In this document: one piece after another, positions 39,334 through 53,057 of the stretch | Layout: the number at the start of each line of letters is the position of its first letter | How positions within the stretch are numbered: the stretch's first letter is position 1 | Source: Camelus ferus | Lineage: Eukaryota | Length of the DNA: 64,000 nt | Reading direction: 5' to 3' | Assembly: GCF_009834535.1 (NCBI RefSeq) | Contig: NC_045696.1 | Coordinates: forward strand, 121,398,001 to 121,462,000 | Translations under genes and position numbers: made by a program | The notes under the pieces: generated by a model | Database searches by the model: none | Seen by the model: the letters and a program-made list of their open reading frames with translations, nothing else | Told to the model about the DNA's origin: nothing

Positions 39334-40864
39334 CTAGAAAACTGGGAAAAGACTTATTTGCAGAAGACAGTTTCACCCAACCCAGGAATGTCAACTTGGT
39401 GTGACCAAAGCCTGGCCAACACCAAGCGTTGTCTCTCAAGCTTTCTCCACGGTCTGGACAGGCCCTTTACGGGAATCCACGGAAAGGCAGGGTCAAGAGA
39501 AACTAGCTTTTGTTTCATGTCAGTGCGTTTCTTCCAAGCCTCCTTCTGGGTTTGAGTTTCCAGTGTTCCGGAGGGGTCTTCTATGGGCCTGATCTCAACT
39601 TGTTTTCTTGCAGTAGTGGGTTTTTCTCCCCTGGTCCCCAGGATATACACTCCTGTGCTGTGGAACAAGGTCTCCAACTTTCTGGTGGGGCAGAGGTGGG
39701 CCTGTGGGCAGGGCTGGAGATGTGGTTCTCCAACTGGCCCCTTATCTCCACGGCAGTACTGGGTTTGTGTCCACCAAGGTTGGACCCGACGAGCTGACAG
39801 AGAGAGCAAACACCTAAGACTGCCTGCCTGCAGGTTCTAGGCACAAGCAGGTGTGTTTGGCCCACAGCTCTCCAACTGCAAAGCTGATTCTGCCTTTATC
39901 TCAGGAAGGCTTCCTCGCGTCTGTGAAAAAGATCTTTTTCTTCCTGCAGCTCTACCTCCTTCTTCAAGACTTAGGTTGGTCTCAAAATCTTCAGTTTCAT
40001 TGTCCATCTTGCACTCATTAGTTGCACAATTAAGTAAAGCAATAGTTCCTGAGTTTGTTTTGATCACTCATTTGCTTTACCAATTGTGCCTTATGAGTGA
40101 GTGTGTGAGTGTGTCTGTGTGTGACAAATATTGCAATCATTCAATTTTGAAGCATTTCTTTGGGCCTCTGTTTATGACGCCCTCTACTTCCTAACACTCA
40201 GCTTGGTTGAATGTATCATCATATTTCTGGCAATATTTGTCATCATTATCCCTGCATCCAAACCTGATTCTCTCTAATAAACAGATACTGAGTTCATATG
40301 AAATAAAATTTAATGTAAGTTTCTTCCTGCACTTGGCCTCATTTATCTGCCTCTCCCTGAGTCCTACGCTGGCTGAAAAACCACTGAAGTCAGAAATATA
40401 TTTGAGATTCAAGCCAATAGCTAATTTGTTTAGACTAGTCCTTCTGTTTGCCACGATACTGTGCTTCCCTCCAACACAGCCCAGGCACTTTTGATAACAT
40501 CTGATATGGAGAAAAGGAAAATGACCAACCACGTGGTTCACCTACAACGAACGTCTATTCAATGCAGTAAACATCTCTGGGGCACCCGTGATATGCAGAA
40601 TCTCGGAAGACATGAATATTTCCCTTTACGTGGTTTCTGTAAAATTGCTTCTTTCATAATGATCATGCAGTCACTCTAACCAAGTTAAGATGTTTTCTAA
40701 CAGGCAAATTGTTACAAAATGCCATTAGGAAGGAGCCAGGAAATCAAAGGCACTGTACTCTAAACCTTCTACAGGGTTCTTCCAGCTCCAACACTCTACA
40801 GTAGTACAGAAGATGGTGGATCCAGGCAATTGCAAGATGAGATGTTCCCAACAATTTTTAATAT

Positions 40865-41090
40865 TAATAATTAATAACAGTGCTTATATGTGCCAGGTAC
40901 TGGTGTAGAGCTTTATATGCTTTAAAACGTTTCATCTTCCCATGAGGCCACTATTCTGTCCCCATCTTACACATGAGCAAAATAAAGCACAGAAAACTAA
41001 ACACACCTGCACGCAGCTGCTCACTGGCAGAGCTAGATGTAAACCCAGTCAGGCCCAGAGCCCACGCTCCTCTCCGTGATGCTGCATGCT
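40865..41090 (-). mobile_element. MIR SINE
   Basis: 'gcttatatgtgccaggtactg...ccccatcttacacatgagcaaaataaagcacagaaa'. Confidence 0.75.
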
Positions 41091-41374
41091 TTCGGTCACT
41101 CAGTGGAACAGGAGGGCATGTTTTCTGTCAATCACTTCTGTTTATGAGACACAGTAGCCTCCCCTGACTTGGGTCATGTGTACATTCTGCCTGGAAGCCT
41201 CTGTCAAATCTTCTTCTCAAGGATGTGCAACGAGAGAAACAAAGATCGTTAAGTGATGCTCCTTCTACCCTGTAGTCCTTCCACACTCTTAACGAGAACT
41301 TGCTGAGAAATATTTTGCTTCAATCCCAATGCCACCAGATTCTAGGGTTTCAAAACTGTATTCAAGGAACTTAC

Positions 41375-41439
41375 CCTTCAGGCCCATACGTATTTTATAT
41401 TCATGGTAGCAAAATGGGATTGTGGATTCTTTCTCTCCC
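41375..41439 (-). other. Candidate spliced exon ending at a consensus donor
   Basis: Donor AGG|GTAAGT; several possible acceptors (tttttag, acatcag). Confidence 0.25.
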
Positions 41440-42191
41440 CTAAAAACCTGATGTAGAACCTTGCAACACAAACCAGGCAGACGTGAACGGTGGGTTTTAG
41501 CAGCAGCTCAAGCACCCACTGTTCGATGAGAAACGCTCCCATGTTTACAGAGTTCCCCAAACAAGCAGTGAAGCTCTGGGATTGGTAAACGTCTGACCGG
41601 ACAGTGGGATGCAGTGAAAAGAGCAATGAACTAGGAACTGGAACATTAAACTACCTTGATTTGGGGAATGTTTCTGTGTCCCTGAGCTTTAGTTCCTTCA
41701 TTTTACAGAAAAGAGGTGGGAGGCTAGACATTCTCCAAGGCCCTAGTAACAACATTCTACAGTTGTACAGACTGGGTGCTGAACAGAATGTCCTTTCGGC
41801 CCCTACTTTTAGGGAGAAGGGTAAGTGAAAGGCAGCCTCTGGGGACTCATAGAGGGAAACCCTTTACAGCTCCCACTGCCTCTCCAACTCCTGACCTCCC
41901 TGCTGCTCAACCAGTTACACCCCTGGACTGATTCTGCTGCAGAACCCACTGAGGAATCTAACATAACCCTCACTCCCCCTTAACAACACAGCAATTTCAA
42001 GCAGGTGCTAGATGGTTAAAAAAAATGGTGAGAAAACTCACGCCAGATGTAGCCCATATAAATACTACCACACAGGTGTTTAGAGAGGAATAAGTTCTGC
42101 AAATTATGCAAATAAGTCTTTTTTCTTGATGACTCAACTTTTTAAAACAGCTATACACATTTCTTCAGGGATTTTTATTAATTTTAAAACA

Positions 42192-42336
42192 CCAGGATCT
42201 ATATTCAGTATCTTGTAGTCATCTATAATGAAAAGGAATATATGTATGTATATGGATGACTAAAACACAGTGCTGTGCACCAGAAATTGACACAACATTG
42301 TAAACTGACTCTACTTCAATAAAAAAAAAAAAAAAA
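42192..42336 (+). mobile_element. Short L1 3' end with poly(A)
   Basis: 'ctatattcagtatcttgtag...cagaaattgacacaacattgtaaactgactctacttcaat' followed by an A run. Confidence 0.9.
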
Positions 42337-44763
42337 GTACAGGGCCTGAGTGACCCGCATGCATCAATATTTCCAACTGAAGATTTCAGAATAAACCAAG
42401 CATATCTTTTTAAAAAAAAACCACACCAATTGTTCATGTTTGTAAATTAATTCACACAATTCTCTCTTCAAACTCAATGTCTTGAAGCCAAGAGACTGAA
42501 CAGTTTGACCATGATTTGTTCTCTGAGGACATAAGCAGTGAAACAAGGATGAAGAAACTGCATCCCACAGGTGATGCAAGAGCATCACTTCACCCCAGCT
42601 TCAAGCTCTCCTCCTCCAGTCCTAGCACCAGATCGTGAATGAAAGCAGCAGCTGGTCTGGTTCCTCCTTTATGATGTTCCCGCATCTGATCAACTCGAAT
42701 GAGCTCCTGCCCTGAAACAAGCAGCCCGAGGGTAAGAAACAGGAGAGAGAAGCACCGATTGTCTTCCAAGAGCCCTGGGCAAAAGAGACGGCTATATTTG
42801 CAAAGACTCAGGGTTTAATATTTACTGAAAACACAGGGAGCACTGCTTCCCTTCCCTTTACTTGTCACCCACGGAGAACTTTGTACAAGTGGGCATCCCA
42901 GGGCAATATTCTTAAAGTTGTATGGAGGGGATTTTAGACATTTGAGTGCCATCACGACAGTGAAACATTCAAAAACAATCACTTGGAATTGTTCCAAGTC
43001 AGATCAAATGGTCAGGCCTTTATATGTCCAACTGATCATTTATTTAACGTGGGCCACTCTAGGAAGGGGAGCGACCTTGGGTGAAGAGGCTCCCTGAGAA
43101 AGGATAATCCCCAAAGGGGCTGACAGCACTGACGGCAACCAGGAGACCAGCTGTCCGTTGTACGGGGTCTGGGCAGCACATCTCAGTGTCCACCACAGAC
43201 TCAAGTCATTAGCTACAAATGGATCACGTAGAAACTGCACTGAGTGGAGAGCAACAGTCCCTACGACAGTGATGTCAGCCCATTGTTCTACTTTCACCAA
43301 GGCTTCTGGAGGTGGGAACCACTGACGTTAGTTTAGTGGTCCATTGTTCTAGAGCTGAGGTCTCCTCAATCCTCTAGATGGTTAAGGAATGGCTGTGGCA
43401 GCCTCATCCATCATGTCCCCATCCAGGAGCAGGAATGAAAAAGGATGGAGAAAGAGTTGACATCAGAGGGGACCCAAGCTTTGTCAGAAATCTCCAGCTC
43501 AGACTTCTATTTACATCTCATTGGTGGGAACACTATCACATGGCCACCCCTAGATGTAAGGGAGGCTGAAAATTAAATTTTTTCATCATACTTATGGTTA
43601 TTAATCGTTTCCAATTTTGGTCTACTACTATGCTGGTCATAGTACAATGGACACTGTAAGATATTATATTGATATTTTAGAGATTTATAAATAAGAGACA
43701 TACTTCTTTCCATCCTGGGTTTAGAGTCTTGGTGAGGAAGCAAAACACAGACACATAAAATAACAATTTCAGAACAACAGAAGTGTGAACTAATGTAAGT
43801 TTTATCTTTTATCATGGTAAAAAATGTGTAAAATGTAAATCGTAATTTCTATAGCTGGGAGCAACTGCCCTTTTCTTACTCAAAGTCCCCCAAGGCAGGG
43901 TTCTCTTAGTGAAAAAGGAAGAATGGGTATCAGGCAACTAAGAATTTCTGCTGTATAGATGCAGGTTTAAAAACCCAGGTTCAGAGGAGAAACAAGTGAC
44001 AGGTAATAAGACTGGACAGCAGGGAGACAGGGTAGATTCATGAGGTAATTGCTGTTTTATAAAGTGACTGTTTCCGCCTTAGCATACAAAATTTTCTGAA
44101 TTAATTAAGCCTGCCAGAGGAGGTTAGGGAGAGAGTAGTACCCAGCTCCTGATGCAGCAGAAAACAGATGCTGGGACAAAGAATCAAAGTCATCTTCAAT
44201 CGGAGAGGGCAAAGATGAGAACAGCAAAGAAAAGGGTAAAACAGGAGCAAAACCGAGCGCGAAAACAAAATAGCAAGCGTAAAACACAGCACAGATATCT
44301 TGGCGACTAGGCAGTGACACTCCTTAGAAATTCCAGCGAGAGGTCAGAGAGCAGCTGGTGCTGCTGGGAGAGCGGTTAGAAGTGAAAGGTCACCCTTGAG
44401 TCAAACACAGGTTTCCCGGGTGGAGGAAAGAGACGAGAACGAAAGGGCTGTGAGGCTCAGGAGGAAAGGACGCCCCCATTCCCCCAGGGAATGGCTGTTG
44501 GAGGAGGGGCTAAGAAAAGCCAGCAGGACAAAAAGCACCAGATGATAAACTAAGAACCCCTGAACTCAGAATGCAGCCACCAAAGGGCAAGCAGACCACT
44601 AAATGAATTTCAAGAAGGAGAAAAGAACGGAAGCCGGAGTGTAGCCCTAGGGGCCCCAAATCAAGTCCGAGACTAAGAAACGAGAGGATGCAGAGACTCT
44701 GAATGAGCTGCTGTGAATTTTCACTCCAGTCACAGGGAAAGCCTGGGGCTGAGGCTGCCTGAA

Positions 44764-45748
44764 TGCAACAAATAAGAACAAATCTAACTCCATACTGGAC
44801 CTGTTTCTTTCACTTTAACCTTTGTCTCCATTGCTTTTGCTACAAGTTAATCACTAAAGGGATGTTGCCTATGAGCTTAAATTACACACAATGGCCCACC
44901 TCTGCCGCCCAGGTAATCAGCATTAAGCTAAAACACCTTTGCTGAGCTCACAGGAAGCATCCTGACCAGGCTCACCTATGAACGACTGAAGGTAGGGAGG
45001 AAGGAATTAACACTTCCCCTCCGGAGGCTGACCAGAACCAGGAAATGTTTGACTTTACTCCCTCCCCTTTCAGTATAAAAGAACCCTGAAGTCTAATACC
45101 AGGAAGATGACTCTTTGGGACTGTCAGCTGAAGTAAATGACAGCCTGAAAGTTGAGAATTATGTTTTATTTGGCGGACATTTCTGAGGACTTGAACCCCT
45201 TCGAGCCCAGGATGACAGCCTCTCAGATCGCTCTGAGGGGCTGCTCCAATGAGGTAGGGGAGGAGCTAGGATATATAGGAACTTTACAACAAAGACCAGG
45301 TAGCTGGAACATTTAAAGATGACTTGTTAACTAAAGAAAACCAGACATTTCAAGTTAAAGAATTTAGTGCTTTTCTATGTATGGGAGGAAGCAAACATTT
45401 GGGCTCACTGAATTCATTCCTTTGACAAGCACCTAGCTATCTAGGGCCAGTATCCTGTCCTTTCCTGTTCTGAGTCCCCTCGGAGGGCACCACTGTGAGT
45501 GGCTGCAGAGGCCAGGCTGCAGGCTTGTCTTCACTGGAGGGTGGAGGCAGCCACTGATGCCTCGATGGCTTCAGCATTCTTTGTTTACTGATGTGGTTTG
45601 TGGTATTTTTTGTTCACAGGACGCTAGTCCCCTACCTTCTCAGTCTGCTGGCTTTCCAAATAAAGCCACTAGTCCTCATCCTAACAATTCATCTCTTGGT
45701 TTACTGGCCTGTTGTTGGGCGAGCAGCACGAGCTTGGGCTCGGTAATG
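44764..45748 (+). mobile_element. ERV1-class solo LTR (outer), split by a nested LTR
   Basis: TG start; TATAAAA 45074-45080; AATAAA 45659-45664; end 'cggtaatg'; flanks TGAA/TGAG resemble a 4-bp TSD. Confidence 0.75.
45122..45618 (-). mobile_element. ERV1-class solo LTR (inner, antisense), 497 bp
   Basis: TG...CA termini; perfect 4-bp TSD GGAC at 45118-45121 and 45619-45622; minus-strand TATATA 45272-45277 and AATAAA 45165-45170. Confidence 0.88.
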
Positions 45749-46309
45749 TGAGGAGGTCAACGCAGCCAGCCCCCTGTGCAAATGCCAGTCCCTGCCATTC
45801 TCAGAAACGTTCTGCAGCTTCACTACCACAGCTTCCCTGATAGGTCTGCAGTGGATTTTCAGTTTGGGATGTGCAGTAGACAGGACACTGAATATTCTTC
45901 CAGGGGTCTTGGGTTTTAATTCTGGCTCTGCCACTGAACAGCTTTATGACCTTAGGAAAATAACACCCCTCCCAATTTCTTCATCTGTTCGACAAAAGAG
46001 ACACCATCCATCTCCCAGTTCCCTTCATCCTCGGTGTAGATGGAGAGTGAGTCTAAGTGTTTTCCTTATAATAATTCTTCACAAAAGATCTTAGCAGTCC
46101 CTCTACAGAATAAAGCTTTACCTAGCAATTGCCCTTTTAAGAAAATTCCTTTAATTTCTCTTTATTTTCTAAATTCCCATAAGAATAGTGCTTATAATAT
46201 CTTAAAAATAAAATCTGTCATGGGTACAGGATTTAACAGTTTATGAAATCCACTTACATCACTTAATTCTCACAATATTCAGGTGAGGGATGGCGGCAAA
46301 GGCTTGTAA

Positions 46310-46760
46310 TTGTGCTCCTGTACCCAGTCTTCTTGTCTTCAGAGGAGTGGGCCCCTAACTTTTGTTGTAACTCATGACCCCCTGAAATAAAGGATGCCTT
46401 TTCCAGCCCTACCCCCAACTAGGCGTGACAACTCTCTAAGCTCAGGAAGGATCAGTGTCACAATTTCCAGAAAACATCCTTAAGAAGAGGTGGCCATGCA
46501 CGTCTTTTCCCCTTTCTCCTTCCTGTCGGCTAAATGCAGACTGATGGGCAGAGTCCAAGCAACCTCCTGGACCATGAGGTGGAAGCTCAGGTGGAAGATA
46601 CAAAGCAACAGGATAAATGCCTCGACTCGTGGTGACTCCATGGGTCTGCTTTAGTGCAGTGTGGACGTCTGCAACACGTGAGCAAAATTAACTGGTTTTG
46701 TGCAAATAAGTAATATTTTTATTTACCTCACCTGCAGCCCAAGTAACTCCTAACTGATTC
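46310..46760 (+). mobile_element. MLT1-type LTR
   Basis: 'ttttccagccct...tcctggaccatgaggtggaagc...cctgcagcccaagtaactcctaactgattca'. Confidence 0.6.
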
Positions 46761-49120
46761 AAGAACAAAAATTATTAGTTTTATTTTACAGATTTAATAA
46801 TTTGCTGAAAACTTCAATAGGGCTGATGTCTCAATACAGGACAATCTGGACACCACAGCCCAGTGAACTTCCCACGTCTCGCTAAGGAGATACAAGCAGC
46901 AGGTGTGAGCTGAAACACAAACCCTCGGAAATGGATTCACCCATGATGAGAACATCTCTGAAGCAGCTCATGCTGCCTTCCACATGGAAACACATTCCTG
47001 CAAGACATTAATGGGGACAATCACCTCTCTAAAATTAAGGAGGGATGTTGGGCACCATCTCTGTGAAGGACTCTTATACCCTCAAAGTAGCTAAGTAAGA
47101 AACAGAAGGAAATGAGAACACTAGTGTCAGAAATATTAGGAAAATCTCTCTCTCACACACACACACAGATATCTCACTAGGGCTGATGTGAGGTGCATTG
47201 CAAAGGCTTTCAAGAACTCAGCCAAGGTTTCAAGAGGAATTTTTCAGAAAGTAAACAAGAAGTCTTTCCTCTCCTCGCACTCAAAACCCCTCCACACTAG
47301 CCCCAGTCCTGATACAACCACTTGGGTAAACTTTATCACTTCCATAAAGTGAAGGGGTGGGGAGGTCAGTCCTGCTTCTACCCGAGCTTGGGGGGTGGAT
47401 CACAGATTTCACACTGTTGGCTTCCCCAGGAGTGCTGGGTTCTGACAGCTCACAGCAGCTGAAGCACAAGGAGCAGGAAATAACATTCCAGAACGGGTTC
47501 TAGTGTGATTATTTTGCGTCTGTAGCTAAATCTCAGTGTTTCCCACAGCAGTCACGTTCTCCTTTAAGGGGTATATGGACAGCACCTCTGATGTTCACAG
47601 CAGCTGGAACAGCCTGTTTACAATGAGCAGCAGAGGCAGCCAAAGCCCATTCACTGTTGGCTCAGCTTCTAAATTTAAGGAAAACTTGCGGGCCATGCAT
47701 CCTCCACTTTGCGTATCTTACAGTAATGGAATATTTTGAGACAAAAGCATAAATAAAAGACATTGCTGGGGTTTTTTTTTTTGTTTTGTTTTGTACAATG
47801 CATTGCATAGGTTCTATTTTACTGTGGTTGTATTTTGTCCACAGGACAATTCCAACTATTTTGATGGTATGGTTCCGTGTTGGGAGAAGGAACGGGGAGA
47901 AAAGACCAACCCAAGACCCATAGGAAGGGTCCTGACTTTACTGATCATTCGCACAGACTTGCATTGATAGGTACTGAGAGCCTGCAGCATACCAGGCTCT
48001 CTGCCGGGCATCAGAAATACAATGAATGAAAGATACACATTGACCTCTCTCTCATGGGGCTCATGGTTTGAAGGTGAATACAGATAACTAATGGGCAAAC
48101 AGTACCACATGGCATTTCCTGTGACATGAAGAGTACAAGGAAGCATACAGAGGAGCCCCTAACTTACAAGGAAGGAAGGGAGGGTGAGGTCTGGTGGGAG
48201 GGTGTTCGGGAAGGTGTCTCAAGGAAATGACAGCTAAGCTAGGATGTACCCACAATGAGGGGGAGAGGTCCCAGTGGCAACAGGAAGAGTGTCCTCAGCA
48301 GAATGGACATCCTGGGCAACTGTCCACAGCATCTCAGCCAGATCACGATGAGACACTGTCCCTCGCCCCACTCGTCTGCCTTTCCCCAAATGGGCAAAGT
48401 AAAATTTCTTACCAATGATCTGTTTATTCATGTATCCATTAAATATTCAGCTAGGTGTCACATGCTGGGCTATAATTAGGAAGTTTAAAGGGACACATTA
48501 GACATGGTCCCTACCCTCAGGGGGCAACCAGTTTTGTCAGCAAAGGAAGTCGGGGTACAGCGTGGCAGCAGGAGGGCTTCAGCTGCTAGTAACTGGGTGT
48601 GATCCCTAAAAGACAAGCAGCTCTATTCTGAGGGGAGTGCACAAGAAGGCAGAGGATGAGAGGACCAAGGGACAGCACAGGGAAGGCGAGAGGGACATTC
48701 AGTAAACTCTGCACAAGCAGTTATCCAGCAAGGGCTGCACTGACAGATTTATTTTTAAAGCAGCCAAGCTCCACGTTTCATTAGTTTTGTTGGGAACACA
48801 CTGTTCTCCCAACAAACTTCTTTTAGATGTTCTGAGAAAGAGTGCTAATTAATGATGGTACTACCAGAGGGTTTCTATTTAGAAATCACTTGACTCAGCA
48901 GCAGGCATCACACAGGGAGCCTCTCCGGGGATGTGGGGTCATCCAGCCAGGAGGTGGGGGGACAACTCAACAACTAACTGTCCAGTAGAGAAAACCAAGC
49001 ATTTGTTGAACAGCCTCTGTGAACAGGTCCTCGTGATGCTGAGTGTCAGGGGTGTGGGGGGTGGGAAAGGCAATATGTTGGTAGGCCAACTATGAAGCCA
49101 CCTCAATGGTCCACGAAGTC

Positions 49121-49782
49121 AAGACCTGAAAACAGACTTACCCTGTGATCCTGCCATCCCACTCCTAGGCATATATCTGGAGAGAACTCTAATTTGAAAA
49201 GACATATGTACCCCAATGTTCATAGTTACAATAGCCAAGACATGGAAGCAACCTAAATGTCCATCAACACTTGACTGGATAAAGAAGTTGTAGTATATTT
49301 ATACAATGGAATGCTACTCAACTATGAAAAAATAATGAAATAATGCCATTTGCAGCAACACAGATGGACCTGGAGATCGTCATTTTAAGTGAAGTAAGCC
49401 AGAAAGAGAAAGAAAAATACCACATGGTATCACTCATATGTGAAACCTTAAAGAAAAAAATAAAAGGACACAAATGAATTTATTTACAAAACAGAAACAG
49501 ACTCACAGACATAGGAAAAAACTTCATGGTTACCAGGGGGGGAAAAGAATGGGAAGGGATAAATTGGGAGTTTGAGATTTGCAGATTCTAACTACTATAT
49601 ATAAAATAGACAAACATCAAGTTTCTTCTGTACAACACAGGGAACTGTATTCGATATCTTGTAATGATCTATAATGGAAAAGAATATGAAAAGGAATGTA
49701 TGTATGTATATACATGATTGAAACATGATGCTGTACACCAGAAATTGACATTATAAACTGACTATACTTCAATTAAAAAAAA
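49121..49782 (+). mobile_element. Young L1 3' end
   Basis: 'atcccactcctaggcatatatc...agccaagacatggaagcaacctaaatgtccatcaac...actgactatacttcaatt' plus A-tail. Confidence 0.92.
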
Positions 49783-50639
49783 GTCCAGGAAGAAAATTCT
49801 AGAAGTCTAGAGTGAAGGCAAAGGAGATGTAAGGGAATCAAAGAAGAAAGAAATATTGCAGAGATTGAAACTGGCCCCTGGGTAGAGGAGCGGGGTAAGG
49901 GCGAAAGAACCAGGAACGTGAAGGTACTTGTAACGGGCACTTCCAAGCTGAAGGTGGCTCCCTGCTGCTCTTGGTTAGAAAATAAGGATCAGTTGGACTT
50001 TTCCTAATGAGAAGAGCTGGGGGGGTTGCAATAAGACATACCAACAAAGGCTCAAGAGTATTCCTGGGGATCTTTGGGAGGACTGTTCTCTCAGACGTCA
50101 GCATGGAGAACTGTTCTTCAGGGACCTGCTAAGGGCCAGGTGAGGACGTCTGGTGCAGGGCTGCGGGCATGCTGGCATCTCCTTCCCCACCATCTCACAC
50201 TCACACCTGGAAACGCGCTGGGTCCTGCAGTGAGGAGGAAACCAACTACCCAGAGCGTCTTCACACTCCCTGAGCATCCAGACAGAGAAGGTAGGTGGAG
50301 TGGGAGGCCTAGTCTCCCAACACCAGAGCCCGTTTCTCCCAGGTACAATGTCTTCAGTCTGACGGCAGAAACCATGGCTTTCTTCTGAAGAAACATTTGG
50401 TAAGCTCAGACCCTGACCATACAAAGAAAATTAATCCTAATGAATGACAAGTCATTTTCTAGACAGAAATAGGCCTCATACCCCTGGGACTTTGACTTAC
50501 TTTACCTTTTATCTGAAATAATCTTCCTCTTTCTTCACTGGCCAAATCCTTCTGGGATTTCAGAATCCAGTAGGAATGCCCTCACCTCTGAGACTGTTTT
50601 TCTGACCACCTCCTTCTAACCAGGGGCTGAGTTAGACCC

Positions 50640-51198
50640 TGAGGCAGATACCTGTTCCAAAGACGACTGCACAGACACCTACCCTGCCCCATACACCCTT
50701 CTGATACCGTGACATGGTCATTTCTCCATGAGGAGGTGGGTCTCGGCTCCCCTACCCGGACCTGCGCAGACCTTTGCAATGCCTCAAGAAAGACCCTACG
50801 ATACAAGGGCAGGACCTCTGAGACTAGGTTGTAAAGGGCCATGTGCCTTCCACCTGGCTCTGCCTTGGCAGAACTGCCTGGGGAACCCAGACATGATGTT
50901 TTGAGGAAGCTCAGATCATAGGAAGAGTCCACACATAGATGTTCTGAGAACAGCCCAGCTAGGCCCCCAGGCAACACAACACACGTGTGCATGAACGAGC
51001 CTTCAAGTGGTTTCAGCCCCTGGCCTTCACATTTTCCAGCAAAGACGCCAGACCGTTGTGGAGCAGGGACAAACTATCCCTGATGTGCCTGGACTCTAAC
51101 CCTTGACCCACAGAAAATGGGGGCGGTAATAAAAGATTTGTGTTGCTTTAAGCCACTAAGGCTTTGGGTACAGTTTTGCACAGCAATAAAAAAACAAG
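50640..51198 (+). mobile_element. MLT1-type LTR
   Basis: 'tttcagcccctggccttc...tgttgctttaagccactaaggctttggg...cacagcaata'. Confidence 0.75.
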
Positions 51199-51939
51199 TA
51201 GAGATGCCATCAGATGGCAACCTTCCTGACTCTCCAGTACCCATTTTAATGAAATCCTTGCTCTTATCGCACGACGTTATAATTCCTTTACTTCACTGAT
51301 CACAAGATTGAGAACCATATCTTTCACTGGCATGTCTCCAAGATCTAGCACGGGCCATGAATACGTATTTGCTGGGCAGATGGATTTTCAGAGGACCCAT
51401 CTCACTTTGCTCTACCCACCCCGAAACCTTCTACCCTGTACGACGCAGGGGCAACATAAGTAACAGTAACTGACGTTCACTAAGCCTCTATTAACACCAG
51501 CAAGTATTTTGAGGGTTTAATGGGCATTCATTTACTTAACGTCCACACCACCCTAGCCCTGCTAGGGAGGTTCTCTCGCTGAAAAAAGTGAAGGAACTGG
51601 GGCACAGAGAGGCAAATACTTGTCCAGATAGTTGGTGGTAGAGTCCCGATTCAACCTTTAGGTAAATTCAGACTTTCACAGCCTGTCACAGCCTGCAGCT
51701 TAACCCCTTCTCCATACTGGGGATCACAGGGCAAGAGCTCAGACAATGGGAATGTGCATTCGCTCACCGAGGACTGCAGCAGCGTGAGGATGAAGCCTGA
51801 TTACTAAGTATTAGCCCCGGCCAGCAGGGGGAGCCCAGCTGTCCCGTGGGAGGCCTGCAGGAGCTCCCTCTTCGTGACTGGCAGCTTTGGGAAGGGAGGT
51901 GGGCTTGCCGCTGACTCAACTCCTATCTCGGGGTTGCAA

Positions 51940-52440
51940 ACCGGCCCTCTGCATGATGGTGCGTTGCCATGCTGCTGCAGCTGGGAACTCTGAACACCGC
52001 TGTCTGCTTCCGCATCTGGACTCCCAGCCTCTGCCACGCAGGTCACTAGAGGCGATGCCAAGGCTGGAGGAGGACCAGGAGGAAACTGGCCCCTTGCCCC
52101 CATGACCATCGCAATTCTCCAGCAACACACTCACTCTGGCCACGTCACCTCTTCCCCTGGCAGCTACTGAGACGCCCTGCAGCTTCCCCCACACTCAGAA
52201 CCGGCTTATCGGCCATCAGGGACATGGCCCCAGCCCCTCCTCAAAAGTCTGGTTTCTAGTCCATTTTCCCCCTTCATTCTTCCAGCCCCAGGGCAGAAGC
52301 TGCTTCCTGCAGTTGCTGTCATTTCCATACAGTAGTCTTTCCTATTTGCCTTTTCACATCTTTAATTTCCTACAAAATTCCTAATATTAAATCCTATCTC
52401 TTGAAATTACGTAGTTTCCTTCTTCTAACTGATTGACACA
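51940..52440 (+). mobile_element. LTR33-like (ERVL) LTR
   Basis: 'gccaaggctggaggagga...gctgcttcctgcagttgc...atattaaatcctatctcttgaaattac...ctgattgacaca'. Confidence 0.6.
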
Positions 52441-52700
52441 ATGGGGGATGAAAATAATTAGTTTGGCAAAGGTGGCCAGAGAAACCTGCCTTTACAACAC
52501 GCTAATACTTCTGCCCCCTTTCTCGAAAGCCTGGTCTTTTAGATCAAGCTTTATGGCCCTGACTTGGTAACTAGACTCTGAGACCACCTGGAGGCACATG
52601 GTGTTCCCTTATAGAGGATAAAATCCTACTGCACAGGAACGCTTCCTTTAGTGCCTCGGTGCCCTGTTCATGTTCACAGATATCTATGCAACACTGACTT

Positions 52701-53057
52701 TTTTAATTGAAGTATAGTCAATACTTCAATAAAAAAGTACAATGTGTCAATTTCTGGTGTACAGTGTAATGTCCCAGGAAACACTGACTTTAAAAAAAAT
52801 GTTTTATTGAGGTGTAGTTGATTTACAATCTTAGTTTCAGGTGTACAGCAAAGTGATTCAGCTATACATACACATATATACATATTTTTTCTCTTCAGAC
52901 TCTTTCCCATTATATGTTATTACAAGATATTGAATATAGCTCTATGTGCTATCCAGATCCTTGTTGTTCATCTGTTTTATACATAGTAATGTGTATTGTT
53001 AATTCCCAACCCCTAATTTATCCTTCCCCGCCCTTTCCCCTTTGGTGACCACAGTTT
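52701..53057 (-). mobile_element. Two tandem antisense L1 3'-end fragments
   Basis: Two T-tailed L1 ends, at 52701-52776 and 52791-53057, bounded by three copies of AA(C/T)ACTGACTT. Confidence 0.85.

Noticed and set aside
48784..48817. Small hairpin TTTGTTGGGA...TCCCAACAAA
   Set aside because: A 10-bp stem is too short for a pre-miRNA and plausible by chance in 64 kb
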